Shown: piece by piece, positions 48,977-60,620 of the stretch
Layout of the letters: each line of letters begins with the position of its first letter
How positions within the stretch are numbered: the first letter of the stretch is position 1
Source of the DNA: Albugo candida
Lineage: Eukaryota
NCBI GenBank assembly: GCA_040437565.1
Contig: JBDOQK010000024.1
Location: 1-64,000, forward strand
DNA: 64,000 bases
Direction: 5' to 3'
Made by a program: the position numbers and the translations under genes
Notes under the pieces: generated by a model
Databases searched by the model: none
The model's input: the letters and a program-made list of their open reading frames with translations, nothing else
What the model was told of the DNA's origin: nothing

Positions 48977-49100
48977 GGCAATGCCACGCTTCTATCATTG
49001 CGCATAAACGTACGCCTTCTTTGAACTTTCTTTAAGGCAACGCTACGCTTCTATGATTGCGCATAAACGTACGCCTTCGTTGAACTTTCTATGGCAACAC
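48977..49100. repeat. ~59-bp tandem duplication upstream of B1
   Basis: GGCAA...ACGCTTCTAT.ATTGCGCATAAACGTACGCCTTC.TTGAACTTTCT occurs twice (48977, 49036); the B2 upstream region has a single copy. Confidence 0.85.
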
Positions 49101-49311
49101 ATCCTGAATCGCACCTTCGTCTCGCATTAACCCGATCGTGCGCTTCCAAATCTTCAAAGTAAGAAATATATGTATCCGCAAAGTTGGCTACTCGAGAAAA
49201 AAATCATTCTTTCCGCTGGCTGCAGTTGTCCTCAATGGCCCCAAATGAGCGGTGGAAATACGTTCATTTTTCAAAATACGACTTGCAGAACAAAAGATGA
49301 GAGCTTCTCCT

Positions 49312-50256
49312 ATGAAAGCGTACGCCCTTCTCGGGATCGGATTATTTCTCATGCATCATCAACTTGTGGCCAGTTCAAGAGGCTTGCTCGTACTTATCGA
49401 TCCGGAATTGAGGTTCTCTGATGACACGAAGTTTTCCGATTCGGTTCATGACAACGTTATGTACACTTTAAGTGTCGAAACTCCATGTAGCACACAAGAT
49501 TCGACGCATGCTGTCGAGCAGGATCTTTTGAAAGATGCATGGACGGCTGCTAAGTCAGTAGTGAACCGCTATTGGTCTTATCCATGTAACTCGATAAGTC
49601 AGACTTATCCAAGCATGTCAAATAATTTTTCCGTACCTCTTCTACAAGACCCGACACCAATCCCGACAACGATCGGTGGAAATGTATACACGATTGGCTG
49701 GCGTTTGGCGGGAACGTCACTGAAATATTGGATCAACAGTAAAATGCTGTACGCTGATAAGGGGAAACTGTACACCAGTGTTCAAACTTATCTAACACAA
49801 AATCAAGGATTGTATTTTCTCACGTGGACGAAGACTGAGAATTATCGGATCAACTACGGACATGAGAAAGTCTCAGAAGCTTCAGGAGTATGTCTCCTCA
49901 AAGGGTATTTCAAGGCAAATGTGCATCTATTTGGAGAAACGCATACAGACCAGGAAATACGAATTGATTTTGATGTCGAAGCTATCAAAATCCCCGGATC
50001 AATCTTTAGAGTTATGGAAAACCAGCTCCAATCCATGACCTTGGAGATTTCCAAAATTGAAGACAAAGTCGTAACTCTGCGCTTCATCGAAAATGAAAAC
50101 GACAAGTGTGTTGCCATTGAGAGATCCAAAGACGAAACATGGGTACTGGGTAGTACAATTCTAAGAGCTCACTCCATTATCATGCATAATACGGGCAGCA
50201 ACATCATTTATCACTTCCTTCCACCCCGTCAAATTCAGAAAGAAACCTCGCAATAG
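49312..50256 (+). CDS. Secreted degenerate aspartic-protease-like protein, subfamily B (B1)
   Basis: MKAYALLGIGLFLMHHQLVA leader; IRIDFDVEAIKIP and TWVLGSTILRAHSII; close paralogue of 56682. Confidence 0.8.
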   Translation: MKAYALLGIGLFLMHHQLVASSRGLLVLIDPELRFSDDTKFSDSVHDNVMYTLSVETPCSTQDSTHAVEQDLLKDAWTAAKSVVNRYWSYPCNSISQTYPSMSNNFSVPLLQDPTPIPTTIGGNVYTIGWRLAGTSLKYWINSKMLYADKGKLYTSVQTYLTQNQGLYFLTWTKTENYRINYGHEKVSEASGVCLLKGYFKANVHLFGETHTDQEIRIDFDVEAIKIPGSIFRVMENQLQSMTLEISKIEDKVVTLRFIENENDKCVAIERSKDETWVLGSTILRAHSIIMHNTGSNIIYHFLPPRQIQKETSQ

Positions 50257-51449
50257 GTCAACGGATAAGATAAATACATACTATCCTTTGCAATTTTGAT
50301 TCCGGTGCTGTTCTGTTCTCGAACGAAAAAGACAACTCGCGACATACGCCCACCATTTGAGCTTTTAAGCATATCGAAGTACTCGCATCGATAAAAGCGG
50401 TGACTGCGACACCAATATTAACTGCTGACACAAACCAAGCGATAGAGGGAGATGAGCCATCCGGCCCGCGTAGCTTTGGTGTCATGGTTAGCGTGGAATA
50501 TTCGCGTTTGTAGGATAATAGAAAATGTTGCATTAACGAAATCAGATGCTTTGTTGGAGATTACTCCACAACCAGTCACCTGTCATCAAACTAAACACAC
50601 GATACCCAGATTCGAGGTAAGCTGGGCTGCAAACTGACGATGAGCACACTAATAAATATCACGGCTTTTGTTAACAAACGAAACCTGCGACCTACTCTCA
50701 GCAGCCCAATCTATGAATAGGAAAGGATATCGCAATCTGTTTCGACCAGAATCATCACCGATGATTGCACTGATAAAATTTCTTGATGTATGGTGTAAGA
50801 CGCAGCGTTGTGTCTTTCTGTAAAAATCTATGTGACTGGCGATACTCAGCAGATAGTTTAGTCACGTGAGAATATGATCTCATGGTCATATTGAATTACA
50901 GTAAGCAGCACCCTATTGTTCGTTTGGATTTCTACACTATCTATTATCGATGCCAAAATGTAAGGGTTGGAGAAAAGGATACAAGTATCCAGCTGGCCTT
51001 TATCTCTCGCTTGACGGTAGTGTGAATACGTTGCGAGTGACAGAAGGAAGGTTGCAAAAACAATAGACAGCACGCTGCGCATCTCGTGGACCTTCTCACA
51101 TCGCCAACTGACTTCCTTTATAAAAAGATTACTTTCAGTTGAAACGAAACTCATTATCTTTTACACAATGTGGCTCTCCCGCTCACACTGTAAGGAATAT
51201 GATCAGATTCTGTGTCGCTTTACTACGGACCAGTCAAAACTAAATTAAAAGTTGATATAAAATTGCGTTCACATACGACATGAGCTCCATCTTGTGCTCA
51301 GTTTCATAAAGAATATATCAAAAGCGGTAATAACGACTTTTACCCGTGAATTTACACCACCGACTTGACTGAAGCTGAGTTTTCACGCAGTCGAGTGCTG
51401 TTTGCTCACAGAATTCAACTACGTAGACCATATTCAGTCTTAGGCTTCG

Positions 51450-52200
51450 ATGCTAACGCCCATCTCTATGCAGAAATTTGCGTGATTTCTGCTTGAGCGC
51501 TTCCGGCATACAACATGCTTATCACGATAAGGATAGGAATTAATTCCATGGGATTACTTGCTATACTTTCGGCAGTACACGAAGATTTCATCCAAGCCAT
51601 ACATCGCCGCATTACTGTCCATGTCGAGCGACATGCATCAAAGGACAGGAACGAATATCTCTTGGATGCAAGCAATATTGTGCACGCTGACGTTAATCAA
51701 TATTGTAGGCCTGACAAAGTTACCATTTCGATCCATTTCCACACAAATGTGGCTTCCGTCCAATGCGCATTCGGGTCCATCACTGATAGCGTCTACTTTT
51801 ATATAAGCGGACCGATATGCGCTCCAACTTGTGCTCCTCCGTCTACCTAAGGGCTTTTTGTGATTCCCATTTCGTCCACCCTAAAAAACAGATTGGTACA
51901 GAAGGACCTGAAGAGAACTCATGTACCAGGAATTTGACTTTCCAACAAAAATATTAACAGAGATAACCATGCATCGTTGAACCATTCCTCCAAAAAATTC
52001 CCCAATCATCGCGCTGATGGCAAGAGTTTGTCATGATCCGGAAGAGTGACAACGTGATTTTTGGACCTGGGATTAGCTTGATCCGATTACCATTCGCACT
52101 ACCTCGCGCATGAATATGCTCTCCAGCTTCATTTCCTCCAACAGCCAATATGGATTTGATATCGACTGAACTAAAGCTCCATCTATGAACAAATGAGGCG
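51450..52200 (-). pseudogene. Methylmalonate-semialdehyde dehydrogenase pseudogene, copy 2 (C-terminal part)
   Basis: DIKSILAVGGNEAGEHIHARGSANGNR and GNFVRPTILINVSVHN...EIFVPVL; DNA similar to 36330-37060; stops and frameshifts. Confidence 0.8.
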
Positions 52201-52439
52201 CGTTTCTACTGAATAAAGTGGAAGTTGGACGTTTTAAAATCATCTGACAATGCCTCATCATGGAGAAGGAAACCTTCGGAATCCGCCCAGGAGAAATCTC
52301 AATAAGCGCATTTGAAGTTGCACTTTGCAATTCTTCGTTGAAGTTCGAAAGCATGTCAAATATCGAGGATACCGGTACACATGCGATATAGAATCCGTTT
52401 CGAGAAGAGGAACTGCCAAAGAAAATGCGCTTATGCGCA

Positions 52440-53170
52440 AACGTTGCTGCAACTCTCCATTCATGACAGACCAGTCTAATCGGATTGTGGGTCATTCGGA
52501 CCATTTGACTAAGGATATACCAATGTCAATCTGGACCGTCGGAATGGAGGGCAGAGAGGGTAGCAATGAACCGTAGCAATCTCTTACTCCAATTACTCCA
52601 ATTAAACGATTCCATTTAGATTATTACTTTAACAATTGCGTAATCAATTGACCACGGAGTCGCCGTACTCTTACTGGATGTATTCGTAAAAGTGAATGAT
52701 ATGCGCTGTCACAAATTCTTTCACATGTACCAGCAGAGTACAGAATCAATGGTTAGCAGTATCGCGTAGAGATCCATTTTGTTCACAGCGGCATGGATGC
52801 AAAGTTGCTGATAATGCGTTTGGAATGAGATGTTAAAGTCAAGTGAGAACTGGATATCGCGCTATATCAAATCGCTCGATAATACAAGTGGGCGAGAAGC
52901 CTGAAGAGGACGATGTGTACGTCCTCATTGAGGCCCACCCTAATCAGTCTACTCAGTTCTAGTGTGGGGAACTCTGAGCGATCCAACGATATTGAAAAGG
53001 ATGCAATTCATTTCTCGTATACTGGAAGCTTGACAATATCTCCTTGTACTGGTGGTGTTTCATATATGGTATATCCGAATCTATGCGAGGCTCATGGAAG
53101 GATTTAGCAAAATTGACCAGGAAAACCTCGTTCTACGCAAAGAAGGGAACAATGCTCGACCCTTTTATCC
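52440..53170 (+). pseudogene. Alpha-carbonic anhydrase pseudogene
   Basis: QILSHVPAEYRING*QYRVEIHFVH (compare Q.HFH..SEH..G...E.H.VH) and FSYTGSLTISPCTGGV (compare Y.GSLTTPPC); in-frame stops. Confidence 0.85.
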
Positions 53171-54000
53171 GTTGGGAAATCATAATGTCAACGTTTTTGC
53201 CGGAAAGTGTCCGTGACAGCTTCATCGAGTCGGTACTTGTAAAGATCAGCTGAGAGAACTGGGTATGATGGATGACAGCTTCAACGAATGGTCTATCCTC
53301 TCTATTTACTACCGGCTACAAAGGCTTACTGCGCATTCCATGGAACTCGGTCGTTCGATACTAGTCACCTTATAGAATAGCTGTGGGGCACTTCCAGGAT
53401 ACGACCCGATGCATCTTGATACAGAGAGTCTGGTGCTCTAAAATGCTTTAGTTAGAGACTGAAGAAAGCTACTCATAATACGGTAAGAAGTTTGAAAAAG
53501 GAGTACAATGGCCATCGTCACGCGACGTTCCTCAAAAGCTCTTTGCGTGAAATAAGATACCTGTGCTCAATCGGAACATAGTGGGAAGGCAGTAGAATCA
53601 CGTTGAAATACGAGTAAAGTAGAGAAGTTTTGCTGATCTAGCATGAGCTATTTCCATCTGTCAACAAGCCGACCCACTCGTTGATTCTCACTCAATCAAC
53701 TCTTTCAACCCGTCCAACAATGGGAGAAAATAGCAGGTAAGCTTCACTTAAGGAACACATTTTGTATTTGTGAATCTTTCAACAAATCTACGAGTTGATT
53801 CGATCAAGTTCAGCAACCATGCGTTTACGACGTGAAGAGGACCTGGGGTTCACGGATCGTTTTTATACTGAATATATGAATGAAGGGCTGGTCGGAGATC
53901 TGCAGCAAGGTGTTAGTTCTTCAGATCTAGCGGATATGATGTTTGAGTCGGATAAACAGCTTCAAAACTTACCCTCTGAAGGAGATTTGACACCTTGAAG

Positions 54001-55420
54001 ATGTACTTCGTGGCCGGATGTGGGGACTATTATTAGTCATGCTGTCTCAGTTGCTAGTTAGTAGGATGGAATGCTGTGTGACGTATTAACCTCAAATATC
54101 ATGATGATACAGCCGTGGTCTTATAAAGAAGTCAGTGATGAATACACCAAACTATGTCGAGCCAAGCTCGAGCCAATGTCGACAATTGTGTGAGAATGAA
54201 ATATCGAAACGTTGAGAACCTTTGACTTATTGATAGTTTGACGTATCCTAATCTCAAAGCAGAGTCAGCAACAAGATGCTCCAGCAAAATCATCCGGTAA
54301 CTTCTTTGACTGTCTGAAGAAAGAGACCAAATCCAGAAAAGAGTCTTATGACGGCAAAGTTTTTCCCAAAGCAGGTGCATCAATTAGTATTCCCGCATAG
54401 AATTCGTGCTTGTGACCCGATTTTAAGAGACTGGAAGGACATGACAGCTTATTCTTCATTAGATTTCAACGGACTCCGTGTTCATCGACTTCTTGAAGAA
54501 CAACAGTACCATAATTATTATTGCTTATGTCGTGCTAGCCACGACATTCTTCACCCCATCTTCGTCTACATCCTCTGAATTTCACAAAGCAAATGGTACA
54601 GCCTCGTGGAAAGCTCTGATGCGCCTTTTGGAATAAAACTTGAGTCGAAGTATTGCGATTAGTTTGTGTACAAGTCTAAACAAAAGTATGCCTTCGTGTA
54701 TAGTGACCGACCCAGCTAAAAGTAGTGATAGGCTCCACGGTAGCCGCTATGCTCAAATCAATCCAATGAGCAGAACAATGCTGCGCTGGGTACCTAATCG
54801 TGGATTTGATGTTAGCGCGATCTATGAGTCTCATCTTACGTAAGTATGGAAGAATGCCAGCGCAAATACGATATGTTTTTGAATTTGCAAAGCGCGTTGC
54901 CCTTGACGTCGAACGTGCAGGTTTACATTAAGCGTCTCAGTTAATCTCAGCGCTTGGTAGCTATTTCGCGATAGAAAATAAGATGAAGTGAAATGCAATG
55001 TGTTTGGGCAAAAGTTTGGCTGGTACTCTCACGAAAGCTTTACTTACATCCTTGTAGGATGGACCTGAAGTCTAACGTGCCACATGAACTCGACTCGGAA
55101 AAGGCTTCGATCTTCAGCTAAACACCGCATGTGGCAAAATGATTCTTGTTCTTGACGCGGTATACAGAAATGCATTGGTCATGAAAAGAGTGTAAGGTCA
55201 AGAAGAAGCTTGGTAGACACTTTTTTCACATACAACCGATCGCTTGATTCGATCGTCAAACTGTGATTATGTTATAAATTACTCAATCGAATCACAATTG
55301 TTCATTTCCTAGATCTTGCTGAAGACAGGACGATCAGTTAAATAGTAACGTTTGGCAGCACTTACTTCGCATCTTCTTCTACTCAGTAATTAACTCATGT
55401 GTACACGTCATTCACCAGTC
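54001..55420 (+). pseudogene. Decayed secreted-protein gene, subfamily C, copy 3
   Basis: Frameshifted leader MYFVAG/MWGLLLVMLSQ; RVALDVER motif; collinear with the other C copies. Confidence 0.5.
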
Positions 55421-56681
55421 TCACTTTATATAATAAGCGGCATCGTCACTATAGCGCATGTTACTTAAAACCAGCAACTTTGGTGGCCCTGCAAGAATTG
55501 CTAAGGCTTGGCCCAAACATAAATTACACGGAAAACAAGCTTTTGGCAACAAAGAGCATGCTCTAAGCTTCCCCTCACAAGTCTCGGATTTGTATTATCC
55601 CAACTCTTCATGGAGCAGTAGCGTTGCAAAGTCGTCTGAATTCTGGCATTTTACTACTTCTTATTGCAGATTATAACCCCGCATGCTTTGGTAAATTCGA
55701 CCTAATATTCTAGAACAGTAGAGTATAACTGCAATTTCAATAACGACTATGTTTACTCTCATCGGTTTGAATTGACCCACATTCGTTTGTCTTTTACAGC
55801 AGCGATGTACTATGATATTAGATGCGCCATCGCGCATACGTGAAGGAACTTATTTGTAAAACGAAAGGCAAGTTTTACTTCATGAATNNNNNNNNNNNNN
55901 NNNNNNNNNNNNNNNNNNNNNNNNNNNNNNNNNNNNNNNNNNNNNNNNNNNNNNNNNNNNNNNNNNNNNNNNNNNNNNNNNNNNNNNTGCTAAGGCTTGG
56001 CCCAAACATAAATTACACGGAAAACAAGCTTTTGGCAACAAAGAGCATGCTCTAAGCTTCCCCTCACAAGTCTCGGATTTGTATTATCCCAACTCTTCAT
56101 GGAGCAGTAGCGTTGCAAAGTCGTCTGAATTCTGGCATTTTACTACTTCTTATTGCAGATTATAACCCCGCATGCTTTGGTAAATTCGACCTAATATTCT
56201 AGAACAGTAGAGTATAACTGCAATTTCAATAACGACTATGTTTACTCTCATCGGTTTGAATTGACCCACATTCGTTTGTCTTTTACAGCAGCGATGTACT
56301 ATGATATTAGATGCGCCATCGCGCATACGTGAAGGAACTTATTTGTAAAACGAAAGGCAAGTTTTACTTCATGAATTAAAGCATTTCTGCAGGTACGGTA
56401 GTGCACATTGTTATTCGAACTTCTATAATCGCGCATAAACCTACGCCTTCTTTGAACTTTCTGTGGCAACGCATCCTATATTGCACCTTTCGTCTCGCTT
56501 TGATCTGGTCGTGCGCTTCCATTTTTACAAAGTACGAATTCTATATCATCAAAGTTGACTACTTGAGACAACAATCACTCTTTTTCTGCTGGCTGCAGTT
56601 GACCTCAATGGCTCGATCGAGCGGTGGAGATTCGTTCCTTTTTCACTTCGACTCGGACGACAAAGGATAAGAGCTTCTCCT

Positions 56682-57764
56682 ATGAAAACGTACGCTATTC
56701 CTGGGCTCGGATCGCTTCTCATGCATCATCAACTTGTGGCCACTTTAGGAGGCTTGCTCGTACGGATCGATCCGGAATTGAGTTTCTCTAATGACATGGA
56801 GTTTATGCATTCGGTTCATGACAACGTTATGTACACTTTAAGCGTTGAAATTCCTTGTAGCGTACTAGACTTGACGCATGATTTCGTACAGGATGGCTTG
56901 AAAGATGCATGGAAGTCTTTTGCGTCATTAGTGGACCGCTTTTGGCCTGAACCATCTGAACCAAGAAATCAGACTTATTCAAGCATGCAAAAAGATTTGT
57001 CAGTACCTCTCTTACAAGCTCAGAAAGCGCCAACACCAATACAGAAAACGATTGACGGTAATGAATACACGATCCACTGGCGCTTGGAAGGAACGGATCT
57101 GAAAGAATGGATCAAAAGTAAACTGCTTTACGTTATTAAGGAGGCTCTGTACATAAGTGTTCAAACTTATCTAACACAAAATCAAGGATTGTATCATCTC
57201 ACGTGGACGAAGAGTGAAGGTTATCAGATCAATTACGGACAAGTGATAGTCTCACAAGATACAGGAGTACGTTTCCTCGGAAGTTACCTTACGGCAAAAG
57301 TGCTTATATTTGGAAAAGAGCATGAAGACCAAGATATACGAATTGATTTTGATGTCCAAGCTATCAAAATCCCCGGATCAATCTATAAAGTTATGGAAAA
57401 CAAGCTCCGAGCCATGAAATTTACGCCAAGCAAAAACGAAGGCAAATGCGGCCGATCCCAAGGAGATTGCCACGCTATCTTTTCTGATACAAACATGTCG
57501 CCACACCAGAAACATGAGCTCGATATAAAAATAAACTTCTCGATGAAAACGTTCATCGACCTCAAAGCCTTATATTACATCAAACGGAAAAGAGACACGT
57601 GCACCATTTTCATTGAGAAATCAGAAGACGAAACATGGGTACTGGGTAGTACAATTCTAAGAGCTCATTCTATTATCATGGATAATACGGGCAGCGACAT
57701 CATTTATCACTTCCTTCCACCCCGTCAAATCGAGAGAGAAATGTCGCAACAGGTCAATGCTTAA
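56682..57764 (+). CDS. Secreted degenerate aspartic-protease-like protein, subfamily B (B2)
   Basis: Intact 360-aa ORF with leader peptide, IRIDFDVQAIKIP, TCTIFI and TWVLGSTILRAHSII. Confidence 0.82.
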   Translation: MKTYAIPGLGSLLMHHQLVATLGGLLVRIDPELSFSNDMEFMHSVHDNVMYTLSVEIPCSVLDLTHDFVQDGLKDAWKSFASLVDRFWPEPSEPRNQTYSSMQKDLSVPLLQAQKAPTPIQKTIDGNEYTIHWRLEGTDLKEWIKSKLLYVIKEALYISVQTYLTQNQGLYHLTWTKSEGYQINYGQVIVSQDTGVRFLGSYLTAKVLIFGKEHEDQDIRIDFDVQAIKIPGSIYKVMENKLRAMKFTPSKNEGKCGRSQGDCHAIFSDTNMSPHQKHELDIKINFSMKTFIDLKALYYIKRKRDTCTIFIEKSEDETWVLGSTILRAHSIIMDNTGSDIIYHFLPPRQIEREMSQQVNA

Positions 57765-58259
57765 GATAAATACATACTTCTTGTGACGAACGGTAGAACA
57801 ACAGTTTTGTTGAAAGAAGCAAGTGCCATGCCTTTGCAATTCTAATCTTGATGTTGTTGTGCTCTCGATAGACAAAGCCACCTCGTGACATACGCCCACC
57901 ATTTGAGCTTCTGAGCATATCAAAATACTTGTATCGAGAAAAGTGGTGCCTGCGCCAATTTAAATAGTGTACGGTCAGCATTGGAATATTCGTGTTTTCA
58001 GGATGATAAACATTAGTACATTTACGACATCAAATGTTTTGTTTGAGATTTGCTCCCCAATCAGTCAACTGTCGTCGGACCAAATACATGATACCCAGAT
58101 TCGAGGTAAGCTCGGCTAGAAACTGACGATGAGCACATCAATAAAACTCAAGAATCTTGTTAAGGAACCGACACCTACGATCAACTCCCGGTAGCCCGAT
58201 CTGTAAATAGTAGAAGAAATCGCAATCTATTTCAACCAGAATTACCAGCGATGATAGCA

Positions 58260-58550
58260 ATGGTACAAATTTTCTTTCATACGATCGCGTACGAGGCGTT
58301 GTAATTTAAACATGAGCCGTTGGCGGTGCTGTATTCCGACTTGTTTCCATCCGATAAACGCATATCAGCGAAAATTGCTTTTTCCATTTCAGTTTTTGTG
58401 GCTCCAGGAACATAATATATCACTTCATCGGTTGCCTGTTCAGGGAATTAGTGTGTATCCATCTGTTGTAACGACAGCTTCTCAGGTACTGAATTTTTCA
58501 GATCAATTGAGCGTTGACTTTCCGACCGATAAAAAGCTCCATACATAAAT
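58260..58550 (-). pseudogene. Methylmalonate-semialdehyde dehydrogenase pseudogene, copy 3 (N-terminal fragment)
   Basis: ATDEVIYYVPGATKTEMEKA and AFIGWKQVGIQHRQRLMFKLQRLVRDRM; DNA similar to 37660-37910. Confidence 0.8.
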
Positions 58551-58799
58551 GGAAAGCGTTTCTATTGAATAAGTTGAGAGCATGTTGTTCTCAAATTACC
58601 TGAAATACATATTGTATTAATGTTGAGAAGTGATGCGTCCCAATTCGCGCAGAAGAAAATGAAAAGATCGCATGTAAAGTTGCACTTGGCATTCTTTGGC
58701 GCACGGCTGGAATGCAGGTCAAATATCGATAGTACCGGTATACCTAACGATGTGCAGAAGCTGAAAATGAGAATGGAGTGGCTTTACTGCGACACCTTC

Positions 58800-59640
58800 C
58801 TTAATGCAACAATTATGGGTCAAGTTTCGTTTCGAGAAGATCCCACCTCCCATCACCTCTCTGCCTTCGCTGATGCCAATGTAATTGCGCTGATACGTAA
58901 CGTTGTTGCCTCTTTCCATTACATCAAAGATCAATGCGACGTGTCCGCTTCCCGCGGATATATGTTGCTGCGTTAAATCGGATTGTGGGTCGTTCGGACC
59001 ATTTGCACTGGAGATATACCGATGTCAATCTGGGACCATCGAAATGGAGTAAACATTTTGCACAGTGTGGATCACGGACCCTAGCAATCTCCATTGACAC
59101 CGTATCCAGTTAGAACATTACTTTGGCAATTGTGCAATCAAACGGTCACAGAGTCGCCGTACTCTTACTAGAGATATGCTGTTACAATTTTTTTCCACAT
59201 GTAACAGCAGAGCACAGGACAGATTTTTAGCTGTGTTGCGTAGAGATCCATCAACAACCTGCAGGCAAAGTTGCTGATGATTGCCGTTCTGAATGAGAAA
59301 TATAAGTCAAGTGAGAACTGGATATCGCGTTATATCAAATCGCTTGAAAGAATTGGAGTGGCCGAGAAGCCTGAGAGGACAATGTGTACGTCATCTATTG
59401 AGACCCACCCTACTCAGTCTACTCAATTCTGATGCGAGGACTTCCGAGCGATCACTACGCTAATGCAAGAGGATTCAACTCTTTTCTCGTATACTGGAGG
59501 CTTGACTTGTACTGTTGGTTTTCTATATATGGTATATCCGCGTCCATGTGTCTCATGTAAGAATTTTGCACGATTGATGCATTACCAAAAAAACCTCAAT
59601 TCCGCGGAACAATGCTCGACCCGTTCATCCCTTGGACAAT
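58800..59640 (+). pseudogene. Alpha-carbonic anhydrase pseudogene
   Basis: HWRYTDVNLGPSKWSKHFAQCG, frameshift, QSPIDT; AEHRT...VEIH; FSYTGGLT with the PPC motif deleted. Confidence 0.85.
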
Positions 59641-60620
59641 CGCAACGTCTACTTTTTTTGTCAGAAGTTTCCGTGACAGCTTCATCGAGTCCTTATGAAG
59701 GGCAATTGTCGATATTACCTGACGTGATTGAGTGTAATGAATCACAGCTTTAAGGAATGGGTCAACCTATCTCATTACTACCGTCTATAAAGGTAGTCTA
59801 CGCATTCCATGGAGCTCGACCGTTAGTCACCGTATCGAATCGCTGTGGGCTTTCCAGGATACGATCCGATACATCTTAATACATAGACATGTTGTTGGTT
59901 ACAATGCTTGAGTTATAGATTGAAGATAGCTCCTCGTAATAGGCAGAGAAAAAGAGGTACAATTGCCATCATGATGCGAGGATCCTCAGAAGCTCTTTGC
60001 GTGAAATTGATACATGCGACGTGGGAGACAGCCGATGCATAAGGGGGATGAGCAGAATGCAACGAGTACTGCATGGCGCTGGGAAGCGAGTCAGTAAACC
60101 AAGGCCGAGAATTGCCTGCGTCGACTTCCACAGCTAGGACTGCGCCCAATCAGAACATACTGGACAGTTCGTTAAATCACGATTAAAGTAGAGCAGTTTT
60201 GCTAATGTAACATAAGCTCTTCCTATTTGTCAATAAGCCTACCCACTCGTTCAGTCTCATCAAATCAACGCATTCAGACCTTCCAACGCTCGGGGTAATT
60301 AGAAGGTAAGCTTCACTTAAGGCATACATTTTGTTTTTAGAGATCTATCAGCAAATTTATGAGTCGATTCGATCAAATTCAGTAGCTATAAGACGAAAAT
60401 ACGGGCACAAATATGTCGATTCTAATTCTCTTGCGTTTACGACGTGAAGAGGACCTAGGGCTTGCGGATCGTTTTTGATCAAATTTATAAATGAATTGCA
60501 GTTCGGACATGCGGAGCAAGGTGATAGCCCTCAGGTTTAGCGGATATGATGTTTGAGTCGGATAAACAGCCTCAAAACTTACCTTCTGAAGGAGCATTGA
60601 CATCCGCCGAGACAGCGAAG

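Noticed and set aside
53795-53998. RLRREED as an RxLR-EER effector motif (also ~38440 and ~60433)
   Set aside because: Not R-x-L-R, no upstream signal peptide, and the frame is not maintained among copies.
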